NCBI RefSeq assembly: GCF_006345805.1
Contig: NW_021824660.1
Location: 1-36,709 of the forward strand
Direction: 5' to 3'
Source of the DNA: Octopus sinensis
Taxonomy: Eukaryota
Length of the DNA stretch: 36,709 bases
Shown: positions 11,436 through 24,989 of the stretch, piece by piece
Position numbering within the stretch: position 1 is the first letter of the stretch
Layout: every line of letters starts with the position of its first letter
Made by a program: the position numbers and the translations under genes
Notes under the pieces: generated by a model
Told to the model about the DNA's origin: nothing
Seen by the model: the letters and a program-made list of their open reading frames with translations, nothing else
Database searches by the model: none

Positions 11436-12569
11436 TATATATATATATATATATAATATTATTCAGTCAGTTGATAAACTCCACTACCTTAAATGTTCTT
11501 ATAATTTAAATCCACACCTTTGTCTATATATCTACCTTTTCTATAATGTTATCACTTAATATGAAAATTATGTATTAATGGAAAACCTCTATTAATGGTT
11601 GATGAGTGCTCAGCATTTTAAAACTGTTGTAATACTTACAACATTTAATAAAATGAAGTAGTGCGAAACGACCGTACCAAATTACCGAAATTATTCTTGT
11701 TGCTTACTTTGATTACGTATGTATATATATATATATGATATATATATATATCATATATATATGTATATGTATATATGCATACGTACATATATATATATAT
11801 ATATATATAGGTACACACACACATATATATTCACGCACGCACGTGTCTATATATGATTGGGATGTGTCAATCTATCAATCACCCAATCTTCCGTTTTCTC
11901 TTCTTTAATTCAGTTAGCGACCATCCATACCTACAAACTGTCTAAACCCATCATCAAGCATAGATTTAATTATGTCTATGTACAGAATATTTTTTCCTAA
12001 GTCAAGCGAGTTAATTTGTTGTCGTGTATTTTTCGTCATATTTACAAAATATGCCTCTTTCATTCACCAAGTCCACTTTGTGGGACCACGGCGTGTTTGA
12101 GTCAAGGAGTGGACATTTAGGTGCCCGATCATTCTGCCAGAAATTGCAGCCTAAAATTGCATTCATAAAATGTCTTGGCATCATTAAGAAGGAAGGACGC
12201 ATTGGCTAATGTAATCCTCGATAATCTATACCTGGAAAAGATCGGCAGCTTTAACACGACAAGCTCACTTCTGATTATAGGTTTCTCGCGGGATCATGCA
12301 TGATCTGTGACTAACAACATCAAAAACAACAATAACAACACACACGCACACACACGAATACGCGTCCCCCCACTATTGAACACATAGAAGTAGAGGTCGT
12401 TTTACTAATTAAATTGTTTCTCTCGCGTGTATGATTTAGGCGCTGTACGCTTCGCGAAAGCATTTTCGATGTTATGCTTTGTTAGACAATTTAAAACGGT
12501 CTCTTCAGAGCTTTCTCATCCAACTCACACACGCTCTTAATCTGATACACTTTACCTAATAATATGCAT

Positions 12570-12930
12570 GTAAGATCTATAACATTTCCATATCTCTCCG
12601 AGCAATATCATTCTGGCATGACATGCAATCAGGATAATGATGTGTCTTTTATTCTAATAACTTTCGGCACATCAGGCACTTCAGTGAGTTGCCTTGACAC
12701 GCCTGTCTTTACTTGGACCCACATAAATATTTGCAACAACTGCATAACAAGATTTCTTCATTTACTGTATTTCTCTGAAACATTTGCATGTCACATCCAA
12801 AGTTTCGTTATAAACGTATCTGATTTTAATATCTGAGTTTATAAACGACACAACATAACTGGGGCGAATTTTAGTATCAGAAAACCATATTGTAGGTGAA
12901 ACAATGCAGGAATTTTACTATTAAAGAACT
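12570..12930 (-). pseudogene. Possible decayed RTE-like LINE remnant
   Basis: Minus-strand peptides LDVT..., NTVNEEIL and ARMILLGEI occur in the order expected for RTE C-termini; very degraded. Confidence 0.3.
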
Positions 12931-13029
12931 TAACTTCAGATGAATGAACAATGAAAAAATATATATATTTTTTATATAGTTGATATTCGGAAACATCTCT
13001 GTCCAAACTAGCCGTGCCTTCTCTTCAAA

Positions 13030-13112
13030 TTCGTATTGGGCGCCGCCTTGAACGGTTTTGATCTCACAAATCGACGCCAGGGCATTACTTTTCAGACTAG
13101 TACTTATTCTGT
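13030..13112 (-). mobile_element. 3' fragment related to SINE family A
   Basis: gggcgccgccttgaacgg...caaatcgacgccagg...tagtacttattct resembles caccgcctttagtcgagcaaatcgaccccagg...tagtacttattct. Confidence 0.5.
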
Positions 13113-13159
13113 CCCTAATCCTAACCCTATATATGCATATGGATATGTAAATATTTCTT

Positions 13160-13169
13160 TCTCTCTCTA

Positions 13170-13248
<79 letters not shown>

Positions 13249-13345
13249 GTCTATCTGTCTATGTATGTATGTATGTATCTATCTACCTATGCATATATGT
13301 GTATATATGCATATATACATGCATACATACATACGTACGTACACA
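13160..13345. repeat. (ATCT)n tetranucleotide then (ATGT)n/(AT)n
   Basis: A long pure atct run at about 13170-13248. Confidence 0.95.
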
Positions 13346-13894
13346 CATATGGAAGATCCTGTATGATGTAGCACGAAACTTTAGGATTGAGATCCATATC
13401 AAACATCGAACTGGATGTCACTGTAAAGTAATAAATATTTTGCCCTCCTCATTTAGAATCAACGCATAGAACTGTGTCAACCTTGGTTTGAAGCCCGGCA
13501 AAATCTTCCGATATTCTACTGAACAACCATCGAAATATTCGAGTTGTTGTTAATGTGTGCAAGGAACATTTAATCAAACTTGTAAAGAACATTTGGACAA
13601 AATTTTAAAGTAAGATATGTTTGTTTTATCTCTGTTAGATAATTCTGCCAATAATATACGCACGCAGTGCTTCTATATCAATAGTTTATTATTCATCAAA
13701 TGGTTAATTATCCAACCAGAAAACAATAGATTGTTGCACTAGTTATTTAGTCAAAATATAAATCATCCTCCTGGAGTTAAAATGGCAGCAATGTCGCTTC
13801 CTACGGAACTGCCATGTTGAAGTGGCGATAAACATTTTCTTCTTAGTATAGTTATTGTATTGTTTTCATCCCTTATAGAGATATTTTAACTATC

Positions 13895-14291
13895 AGGCGA
13901 GGACGTGGCCGTGGGGAAGAAGCTTGTTTCACAGTCACATGGTTCCGGGTTCAGTCCCACAGCCTGGCACCTTGGACAAGTGTCTTCTACTATCGCCTCG
14001 GGCTGACCAAAGCCTTGTGTATAGTTTTGGTAAACGGAAACTGACAGAAGCCCGTCGTATATATGTATATACATGTGTGCATGTGTTTGTCTGTGTGTGG
14101 TTGTCCTCTCCACCGTCGCTTCACAACCGATGCTGGTGTGTTTATGTACCCGTAACTTAGCCTTTCGGCAAAAGATACCGATAGAATAACGACTAGGCTT
14201 ACAAAGAATAAGTCCTTGGGTTGATTTTTTCGACTAAAGGCGGTGCTCGAGCATAGCCGCAGTCACATGAGTGAAACAAATAAGAGAAAAG
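13895..14291 (+). mobile_element. SINE family A, full length
   Basis: Head aggcgaggacgtggccgtgggg...ccgggttcagtccc, core gcaccttggacaagtgtcttctac, internal (TA/TG)n and conserved tail. Confidence 0.9.
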
Positions 14292-14350
14292 TATATATAA
14301 AAGAATCTTATCTAATTTGCATGGCAATAAATCAACCATATTTGTCAAAG

Positions 14351-14418
14351 CCCTTTCGTCACTTTTTGTGCCCCTTCCGTCGCCTTTTGTGTCCTTTCTT
14401 CGCCTTTTGTGCCCCTTC
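14351..14418. repeat. Minisatellite of 20-21 bp, about 3.3 copies
   Basis: ccctttcgtcactttttgtg / ccccttccgtcgccttttgtg / tcctttcttcgccttttgtg / ccccttc. Confidence 0.8.
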
Positions 14419-14845
14419 TAACGGGTCAGCTACACTTGTTTCCCCAACCACCGAACTACAACAAAAAAGAAATCTCTCTCAACTCATACGTTTCCATTAA
14501 GTATCTTTCAGACCAAATACCAAAGACAAAAGAGAAATAAGTAAAAAGTCCAGACGTTGTAAATCATAAAACAAAATAACATTTTCTTCATCAATTAGAC
14601 GCAAAACGAAAAACCATTACGTAATTCTAGAGTTGCTTTTAAGTACAGAAGAGTTCATTGAACTTTGGAAAGGAAACCGGAATCGTATCACGAGGAAGAA
14701 TTTTAAATTTATTTAATTAATACATTTTCACGGAATTGCGACTGAATGCAAAAAGCCCAATAACCGTGAATGTAAAACACGCAAAACACGTGTTATAAAC
14801 TTGTTAACATTTCGCATTTATTTTCTCAGCTAGAATTCTCGCCGC

Positions 14846-14846
14846 G

Positions 14847-14888
<42 letters not shown>

Positions 14889-15009
14889 GCTGCTGCTACT
14901 ACTACTACTAATACTACTACTACTACAACAACAACTACTGCTACTACTACCACCAACACCACCATCACTACTACTACTACTACTACTTCTACTATTACTA
15001 CTACTACTT

Positions 15010-15043
<34 letters not shown>

Positions 15044-15058
15044 CACCACCACCACCAT

Positions 15059-15118
<60 letters not shown>

Positions 15119-15300
15119 TACTACTACTCATACCTTCGTTGCTGCTGCTCTTGGTGATGATGACGATGATGATGATGTTGATTCTGCTCCTGCTATTACC
15201 GCTGCGGCTGTTGCTGCTACAAACACTAGTGCTGCTGCTGCTGCTGCTAATGCTGATGTTGCTGATGTTGCTGATGTGGTGCTGACGACGACGATGACGA
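14846..15300. repeat. (CTA)n/(CCA)n then (GCT)n/(GAT)n trinucleotide repeats
   Basis: Direct inspection; source of the poly-V and poly-S ORFs. Confidence 0.95.
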
Positions 15301-15489
15301 GGCGATGGTGGTGTAGGCTGTCGTGTTTATATAGATGTGTTTAATATCTACACTAAAACCATCGAAACAATGCATATCATTATACATACATACACATACA
15401 TACACATATATACATACACACACACATATATATTTATTTATATACATATAGCTTTATGCGTATATATATATATATGCACATATACATAT

Positions 15490-15904
15490 TCTTTTACTTG
15501 TTTCAGTCATTTGACTGTGGCCATGCTGGAGTTCCGCCTTTAGTAGAATAAATTGATCCTAGGACTTATTCTTTGTAATCCTAGTATTTATTCTATCGCT
15601 GTTTTTTGCCGAAGCGACAAGTTACTGGGACGTAAACACACCAGCATCGGTTGTCAAGCGTCCTTGGGGGGACAAACACAGACACACAAACATATACGCA
15701 TACATACATACGCACACACACACACATATATATATATATATACGACGGGCTTCTTCCAGTTTCCGTCAATCAAATCCACTCAGAAGCCTTTGGTCGGCAA
15801 GAGGCTATTATAGAAGGTTATTGCCAAAGTTGCCACGCAGTGGAATGGAACCCAGGACCATTTAGTTGCTAAGCAAACTACTTACTACACAGTCACTCTG
15901 CGCC

Positions 15905-15905
<1 letters not shown>
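15490..15905 (-). mobile_element. SINE family A, full length, minus strand
   Basis: Reverse complement of the family-A tail (ttgtttcagtcatttgactgtggccatgctgga), internal (CA/TA)n, and head ending cacagtcactctgcgcct. Confidence 0.9.
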
Positions 15906-15959
<54 letters not shown>

Positions 15960-16574
15960 ATGCGTGTGTGTGTATACTTATGTGTGTGTATGTATATTGA
16001 TATAAATATATATGTCTGTGTATACATATTTGAAAGCATATATATGTGTGTGTCCCTCTGTTTGTGTGTGTGTGTGTGCAGATGAATGCATGTGTGTATG
16101 ACCTGAAATATTTAAATATAATAAGGAATATAAATACGCCGCGCATTCGCTTGTAGACACACAGACATGCGCACAATCACAACCTCATTCCCTTCGACAT
16201 ACACACACTCAGATAAATCTTGTTGCATGATAAAATAAAAATGAATGACGTGCAAAGTTTCATTAGAAACATTTTTGTTTTTTAGTATCACATTGATTTC
16301 AGGGAAATATCATTTTTGAAAATATCATCTCCGTTAGCCAACCTTCATTACAAAATGGCGACCAGACGTATTCCCTAATCGAAGGAAGACATTTGCAGAC
16401 AAGACACACAGGCAGACAGACAGATAGTTAGAGAGGCAGACACACGTTGAAAATAATGGAACGATTTAAAGAGATGAGAAGAAAAATATCAATAGTGACG
16501 TATGTCGAGATTGTGATTCGAAACTATTATTTATTTAGACTCCCACAATGCCAAGAACGATAGGAGCAACTTTT

Positions 16575-16610
16575 CACATAAGCAGACACATACACGTACA
16601 CACACACATA

Positions 16611-16643
<33 letters not shown>

Positions 16644-17012
16644 GCGCTCACACGTACGCAAATACAGGCACGCATACACAGGCACACACAGATATAAACA
16701 CACACACGCACACATACAAACACAAATAAACACACTCACTACACATAAACACACACACACACACACTCAAACGTGCATAAACACCCATACGCACACATAT
16801 GCACACGCATACACACAGACAAACACACACGCACGCACACACACAATCACGCACACATAAGCACACACACAGGCACAGATAACACACGCACGCATACATA
16901 AACACACATACACAAACATAGACACACGCACACAGACACTCACACGCACACATAAACAAACATACACATACACACACAGACACACACATACGCACACACA
17001 TATTCACTCGCA

Positions 17013-17045
<33 letters not shown>
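16575..17045. repeat. Degenerate (CA)-rich low-complexity tract
   Basis: About 470 nt of imperfect caca/cgca/taca. Confidence 0.9.
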
Positions 17046-17484
17046 AAATACTCAAACAATAAACAAAATGCCCAAGCTAAGTAAACGTAGTTATGGATTT
17101 TGAAATCGTGGTACAAATTATTCCTAATTGAAAACTTGCACAACAATAACTAAACAAACTCACGCAAACAAAAGCACATACACACACACACACACACACT
17201 TTCATGCACGTTTATTTATCTATCGATCGTATGAGACATAAAGATTTTGTTTTCCAGCATGTTTCTGTTGGGGTCTCCATTGCATGACTTCATCAGAAAT
17301 GATATTTAGGCCTTGTCCAATATATTCTGAAACCAGGTACTTATGCTTCTTGGAAACAAGTGGAAGTCTTTTCTGTGACCTTTCGAAATGAATAGAAATA
17401 AATTCTGGCCGATATACGGAACAATATTATTATTATTATTATTATATTTTTTTTTTGGAAAGATGTAAAATATAAAATGTCGAT

Positions 17485-17670
17485 GTCAGAATCGTCTGCG
17501 TGTCAGGCAATAAATTTAGCAGTTCCTCCGGTCCTTTGCGTTCTAATTTCCAATAATTCCCAAGTCAAAAAGTCGCATTTCGATCAAATATGTTACGAAT
17601 CAAATTCTAGGGTGAATGTACTCGATTATGCTTGGCAGCCACCCGCAGTGATTTTGGACTCGTACCAGAA
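17485..17670 (+). mobile_element. Old degraded SINE family C copy
   Basis: gtcagaatcgtctgcgtgtcaggcaataaatttagcagt resembles the family-C head ggcagaaacgttagcacgccgggcgaaatgcttagca; the 3' end resembles ggccttgtgcc-type tails. Confidence 0.45.
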
Positions 17671-17688
17671 TTTAAAATTTATTATCAT

Positions 17689-17689
<1 letters not shown>

Positions 17690-17752
<63 letters not shown>
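17690..17752. repeat. (TAA)n microsatellite
   Basis: About 20 pure units. Confidence 0.95.
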
Positions 17753-17753
<1 letters not shown>

Positions 17754-18689
17754 TGCTTCTGCGTGTCATTACATCATCTAACCCATTGGTAACGTTCTCA
17801 TGTGATTAGAGAAAAAGGGCGAGAGAAAAAGTGAAGGAGGAGCGGCAGTGTCGTGAGGGGGACGGAACGTAATTGCAACGCTTTCAAGTGATTAGTTGAG
17901 GGAAAAGAGAGGAGGAAGAAAAAGGAGAGAGAAAAGTAGAGTATGGCGAAGGATGAGAGAGAGAGAGAGAGATATAAAAGAGCGTCCATGACGTGTTAAA
18001 CGGGGAACGTAATATTTATTTCGTGGTTAAAAAAAGTTAGTTGAAGGCAAAAGGAAGTTAAAAATATAATTTTAGCAGTGGGGTGATGTTCTGATGGTGG
18101 TGGTTGTGGGGGGGGGGGGTTAAATAAAAGCATATGGGGAGAAGGAGAAGGGAGAGAAAGGGGAAAAACTTGAGGGGGGAGAAGGATGTGACGATGATTG
18201 TGGTGGAGACGTTTGGTGGTGGAGGTAGCAGTGATGCACAGATAGTGAAAACTATATTGTTTTCTTTAAAATTGAACTAAGTTTTATATATCACCTGTCA
18301 CGCCTGCTCATGAGTGCAATTCCGTGAAATATTCACGCTTAATTATGTGACAGATAGATGCAATTTAGCTAAAAGTTGTATTATATGTACGAGATATATT
18401 TTTTGTTTCTTTACGGGGAAAATGAAAGAAATACGTGTGAATACTTATTTTATGAGTGCTGTGTATTAAGTCTATAAAATTCTAAATAAAGTAAACTAAG
18501 TGTATATATAAAGTGCATTAAGTGGTCATAGTAATACTTTCCATATAGGCACAACACCGGTTACGCTTTTAGGGGTTTGGGATAAAGTTGTCTGATGGAA
18601 CCCAATAGGTTTACCGTTAATTCAGTGAAATAATCCACGGGTCCCACTAGTTATTATTATTATTTCAAACGCGCAACAGATTAAACTTT

Positions 18690-18726
18690 TGGTAAATAAA
18701 TAATAATAATAATAATAATAATAATA

Positions 18727-18758
<32 letters not shown>

Positions 18759-19504
18759 CATCATCATCATCATAATCGTCATCATTATCATCATCACCCT
18801 CCTCATCATCATCACCATCACCACCTTCACCATCATCACTTTCAGTCGCCTCCTCCTCCTCCTCCTCATCATCATCATCAACATCATCATCATCACCATC
18901 ACCACCTTCACCATCATCATCTTCAGTCGCCTCCTCCTCCCCCACCTCATCCTCATCCTCATCATCACTTTCATCATCCTCATCATTATAATCATCGTCA
19001 TTGTCATCATAAGCATCATCATCACCAACATTACCATCATCATCGTCATTATCACCATTAATATCACCATCATCATCACTTTCATTCTCCTCCTCCTCCT
19101 CCTCCTCATCATCATCATCATCATCAGCGTCATCACCACTATCATCATAATATTTACTTCCATCCTTACTTTCTCGTCTCTTCCTCCTCCTGCCCTCCTC
19201 CTCCTCCTCCTGTTCTATATCATCATCACTACCACACTCATTGTGTTCGCCATCTCCGTTGCTGTCAAAATCGCGTACTCCTCTTCCTCTCCTCCCCCTC
19301 CCCATGTCCCCCCCTTCCTCCTTCTCCTGGTCATCGTTATCATCGCTAACATCATGATCATGATGATGATGATCATCATCATCATGATCATCATCAAAAC
19401 TATCATTACTTCTATATTTGCAAATCCCATTTGAGAATTTATATTCATTTTCGTTTTCTTGCTAACGGATTAACCTTATTAATATTAATATTATCACTTT
19501 TAGA

Positions 19505-19563
<59 letters not shown>

Positions 19564-19588
19564 TATAATTTTTATCATTTTCATCAGT

Positions 19589-19621
<33 letters not shown>

Positions 19622-19972
19622 ATTATCATTATTATTATTATTATTGCTTTCTGTTCCTTTTGTTTTTGTAGTTGCTGCTGTCCTAATTATTTTTGATGTC
19701 GTTGATGTTATCATCAACAGCAGCAGCAGCAGCAGCAGCGGAATCTTTAGCAGTATTAATATTATCATTAATACCTTCATCCTCATCCTTGCCATCATCA
19801 TCGCCATTAGTGTTCTCCTCCTCATTATCATATCATTATTACCATGACCATGGTTATCATCACCAGCACCACCACCATCATCATCATAATGATTATAATT
19901 TTTATTATTATTATTAGTTATATTATTGTTGTTGTTGTGATAGTAGTATTGTTCACTTCTTCTCTTCCTACC

Positions 19973-20031
<59 letters not shown>

Positions 20032-20178
20032 TAATATCAATAATAATAATTATAATATAATAATAATATAATAATAATAATAATAATAATAATATAATAA
20101 TAATAATTATTATTATTATTATTATTTATATTATTATTATTATTTTTATTATTATTGATATTATCATTATTATCATTA

Positions 20179-20215
<37 letters not shown>

Positions 20216-20265
20216 ATTATTATTATTTTATTGTTATTGTTATTATTATTATTATTATTATTATT
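18690..20265. repeat. Large compound trinucleotide field: (TAA)/(TAT), (CAT)/(CCT), (CAG)
   Basis: Direct inspection; includes an 81-bp higher-order duplication (ttcagtcgcc at 18841 and 18922). Confidence 0.92.
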
Positions 20266-20739
20266 CCTTCGAATGATATGTACTCAAACAAACAAAACAA
20301 ACAATCCATCCAGCGAACAAACAAACACACAAACACACATATTCAGCAATGGCGTATTGTATTGCCTTTTGATATAAATGGCGAATATTTTCCAAAGATG
20401 AATTCCCCAAATCCACTGCTTAACGGCATTACGTCTTTTTCTCTAATATTCTCCTATCAAATGTGAATCAATAGAAGACAGATTTTTTTCCCTCTTCTTC
20501 TTTATTCTGCTATTTTCCGAAAGAATACAGCAGGTATAATAATAAATTTGATATCTCACGAGAAAATCTCACACGACAATTTTACTGGCATGATACTTAG
20601 TCTAACTTTAGAATGTAATACACATTTTTTTTTTTTTGATTAGCTGAAATTAAATTACACATACACACACGGACCACATACACACACATATATGTAAATA
20701 GACGTATTTAGGTATATATATATATGCATATATATTCAT

Positions 20740-21059
20740 AAAAATATGCATAAACAAATATATTTATATACGTATACATATATACACACACGCACACGCT
20801 CACGCACACACACACACACACACACGTATATATATATATGTATATTTATATACATGTATATACACATGCATACATCTGTTTACAAACACCGACACAAGCA
20901 GACTTATATATTTGCATACACAAAGACTCACACATACATACACACAGATATATATATATACATATTTATAAGCAGTTGTTAATTTTTTTACGAATATAAA
21001 TGTACAACTTGATTATACATGCACATATTTATGTATCAGAATTATAAATTAGGTATGCA

Positions 21060-21127
<68 letters not shown>

Positions 21128-21146
21128 AGGCTGAATAGATAGATAG

Positions 21147-21201
<55 letters not shown>

Positions 21202-21487
21202 TATATTATATGTACCTAGAAACACACAGTCTCATGAACACACATTAGAATATATGTAATTGTATACATGTTATTCTCTACACACCACCTTCCTTGTACT
21301 GTTATAGCGCTTGTCTCTCCAACCCTGAAGTATACATGTGTGTGTGTGTATATGTGTGCGTATACCTGAGTTTATGAGTAGGTGTGAATATATACGCGTG
21401 CATCCGGTACGTATCTACCTACTACGTAACCCTCCATCTGATTTTCAATCTATATCTCTTTGTGTATATCTCTATGTATATGTATAT

Positions 21488-21546
<59 letters not shown>

Positions 21547-22059
21547 TATATATATTTATGTATACGTCTCTGTGTTTATGAGTGTGTATACACAAATATA
21601 CATATACAGACAAAGCACATCCATAGTTATTTATATTCATGATTTTGTGTTAATGTACAGATGAAGAATTTATTTCTGTTTGCTTGAAGTTTAAAAATAT
21701 AATTTAATTTTTTTTTAAAGTTTATAATATCTTTATCTAAAATATCTCAGACAATATCATTCTGTATTCCTTTTCTCCGTTCTCTCGTTCTTCTTCTCTC
21801 TACTCACTTTCTTCCCGCCTTTCTTCCCGCCTTTCTCTCATGTGTTTCCATCCTACCGCCATTCCCTATTTGTGTATGTCCCATCTTTCGCTCAGAGGTA
21901 TTATTTCTGTCAGTCCCTCATATATTTCTATGATTCTTGTATTCAGTTCTTCATCGGGTAATTCATTACACCATTCTTATTTTTATTTCATTCAATCTTC
22001 ATTCTTTTCTATCCTAACCCCCTGGGATTAAAGGCTATAAGATACACACACACACACAC

Positions 22060-22090
<31 letters not shown>

Positions 22091-22108
22091 TGTATGTATG
22101 TATGTATG

Positions 22109-22145
<37 letters not shown>

Positions 22146-22444
22146 TTATATACATATATATTTTTCGTATACCAACGTGTACATGAGTATACACACACAT
22201 CTATATATGTGTGTATACATGCATGTGTATGCCTACGTTTATAAGATATACATGCAAATAAAATGTATATATACATATATAATATATATATAAATGTATT
22301 GATATACATAAATGTATACATATATGTATATATAAATACATATAGGTATATATATATATAATATATATGTGTATGTATACATATATATATATATAAAATA
22401 TATATATATATGTATATATGTGTATGTGTGTGTGTGTGTATGTA

Positions 22445-22485
<41 letters not shown>

Positions 22486-22505
22486 GTATATATATACATA
22501 TACAC
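20740..22505. repeat. Multiple (TA)n/(TG)n/(TATG)n microsatellites with short unique spacers
   Basis: Runs at about 21060-21210, 21470-21560 and 22040-22500. Confidence 0.85.
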
Positions 22506-23017
22506 AAATCTATATTATATGTACAGGTTTTTGCTTCATATTTCGTTCAGTTGTGCTGTGTTATCTTTCGTATTTGAGAAGTTTTCTGTTTAAAACTTTT
22601 GTATTTGAAAACCGCTGTCACAATTCCTAAGGAATTCGTATCTTAGCAATGAGAGAAATCAATACACCCCCCCCCCACTACACCGTTAGATTACTTCATG
22701 CCGTCTTGTTTTTCATTCATTTATGAAATATAGTTTTTGCTCCTACCTTATACACTCACACACATCCGCAACTGATGTTAACATACATGGAGACACATGA
22801 ACGTGAATGAAAGCAAATGGATTAAACGCCAAATAAATTTTAACAAAACCACCCCAAACAAAACACACCATGCAGACATATTATTCACACACAATATATT
22901 AGCATGTATGTAAGCATGTATGTCAACACACACACATACACACATACACACACACACACATATATACGTATATATAATATATATGCATATCTATATACAT
23001 ATATATTTATGTATACA

Positions 23018-23415
23018 CTTTTACTTGTTTCAGTCATTTGTTTCAAACTGCAGCCATGCTGGAGCACCCCCTTTAGTCGAGCAAATCGACCCCGGGACTT
23101 ATTCTTTGTAAGCCCAGTACTTATTCTATCGGTCTCTTTTGCCGAACCGCTAGATGACGGGGACGTAAACACACCAGCATCGGTTGTCAAGCAATGCTAG
23201 GGGGACAAACACAGACACACAAACACACACACACACATACACACATATATATATATACATATATATATACGACAGGCTTCTTTCTGTTTCCGTCTACCAA
23301 ATCTACTCACAAGGCATTGGTCTGCCCGGGGCTATAGCAGAAGACACTTCCCAAGATGCCACGCAGTGGGACTGAACCCGGAAACATGTGGTTGGTAAAC
23401 AAGCTACTTACCACA
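23018..23415 (-). mobile_element. SINE family A, near full length, minus strand
   Basis: cttttacttgtttcagtcatttg...gcagccatgctggagcacc...gacaggcttctttctgtttccgtctacc...gactgaacccggaaacatgtgg...ctacttaccacac. Confidence 0.9.
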
Positions 23416-23509
23416 CATATTTATATATATACATATATATATAAATTAAATTAGAGATGAATTTTTCCCTGTAAGTCTGGATATTCTCCCTAATATTATT
23501 ATATCTATA

Positions 23510-23550
<41 letters not shown>

Positions 23551-24088
23551 GTTTGCGTATGTTTGTGTATATATGTATGTGTGTGTGTTTATACATATAC
23601 ATACATATATGCAAGTACATGTGCATATACACACCGGTGCATACATTCATTTATTGGAATGTTGTAATTTTCGCATATTTTAAAATGATATATCTATGCG
23701 GATAATTTGACAAAAACAACATAACTGGGATGGGTTGAAGATTTTGTGCATTCTTTGTAGTCTGAAGGAGAGATTTCATCAATGTGGGCGTTTATATTGT
23801 AGGTTGATTAAAGGAGAATAATACGAAGAAATTGTAAGATGGACATATCTAGAGACAAACATAAAAAATTCGATATAGTTGGAAATGTTAACACATACTC
23901 GTTCATACCTGTACACAACCAAAAATAAATACGTAAATATATGTATACATATATACATATATACATACATACATATTTAAAAAATCACTTTAACTACATA
24001 ATCTGTAATTCTTTCCAAACGTTTAACATTTATATATATATATATGAACATGTCTACATATGCAACTATATGCTTGAAAATACATACT

Positions 24089-24196
24089 TTCAGTCCCACT
24101 GTATGGCACATTGGGGAAGTGTCTTCTACTATAGCTTTGGGCCGACCAAGGCCTTGTGAGTGGATTTTGTTGACGGAAACTGAAAGAAGCCCGTCC

Positions 24197-24231
<35 letters not shown>

Positions 24232-24468
24232 ATGTATGTATGTATGTATATGTTTGTATATGTTTGTGTCTCTGTGTTTTTTTCTCCAATATCGCTTGAC
24301 AACCGATGCTGGTGTGTTTACTTCCTCGTAACTTAGCGATTCGGCAAAGCAGACCCTTACCATAAGTACTAGGCTTACAAAGAATAAGTCCTGGGGTCGA
24401 TTTGCTCACCTAAAGGCGGTGCTCCAGCATGGCCGCAGTCAAAGGACTGAAACAAGTAAGAGAGTAAG
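24089..24468 (+). mobile_element. SINE family A, 5'-truncated at the B-box region
   Basis: Starts ttcagtcccactg; core, internal (TA)n and tail are intact (aaggcggtgctccagcatggccgcagtc). Confidence 0.88.
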
Positions 24469-24989
24469 AAATTGTGCACAAAATAAAATAAATATACATA
24501 TAAATTGCATTAGGTAATCATCGTATACCAATTTCTTTTATTTACAATGAGTAGCAGACGACCAAGTATCTTTCCATACAGACAAAACACAGGCTGCACT
24601 TTAAGGTTTTTGGATATAGTTTTCAGAGAAAGTTTTCAGAAACAATTGGTTTACTATTAATTCCGTTAAATATTCACGGGTCCTGTTAGTATTTCAACAA
24701 TTTCGTATTCCTGCTGTGTAATTTTCATTTATGTTTATCCGTTTAAATCTTTAATAGTTATGTTATCAGCACGAATAGCAACGATTCTCAGTATAGTACG
24801 TTCCATGTCTTCCATAGTCTGCGATAAATCTAAACTTGTGTATTGCGGAAGCTGTTGAAAACCTTGCCGAGCCACATAAATAATTTTCCAGGAAAAAAGT
24901 TGATGGCTGCCAAAAAGTCTGATAAATGATGCACGGTTTCGGTTTTTTCTATGTAGTGTTATGAGCAGTTCTCATTCTGTTTTGTTAGG

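Noticed and set aside
17258-17336. 79-nt exon candidate (ttttccAG...CAG|gtactt) and a minus-strand ctgatgaa...gaaac hammerhead-like string
   Set aside because: The donor is weak and the open frame is unrecognised. The hammerhead-like string has 7 extra nt between stem II and GAAA and lacks a GUH site.
18622-19305. 227-aa acidic minus-strand ORF
   Set aside because: It spans (CAT)/(CCT)/(TAT) repeats whose reverse-strand codons (GAT, GAG, AAT, TAT) are non-stop; no recognisable domain.
12845-23810. Shared short words acaacataactggg and atattgtaggt at about 12850-12900 and 23715-23805
   Set aside because: The spacing between the words differs (about 40 versus 80 nt) and the intervening sequence does not align; chance or an unresolvably old repeat.
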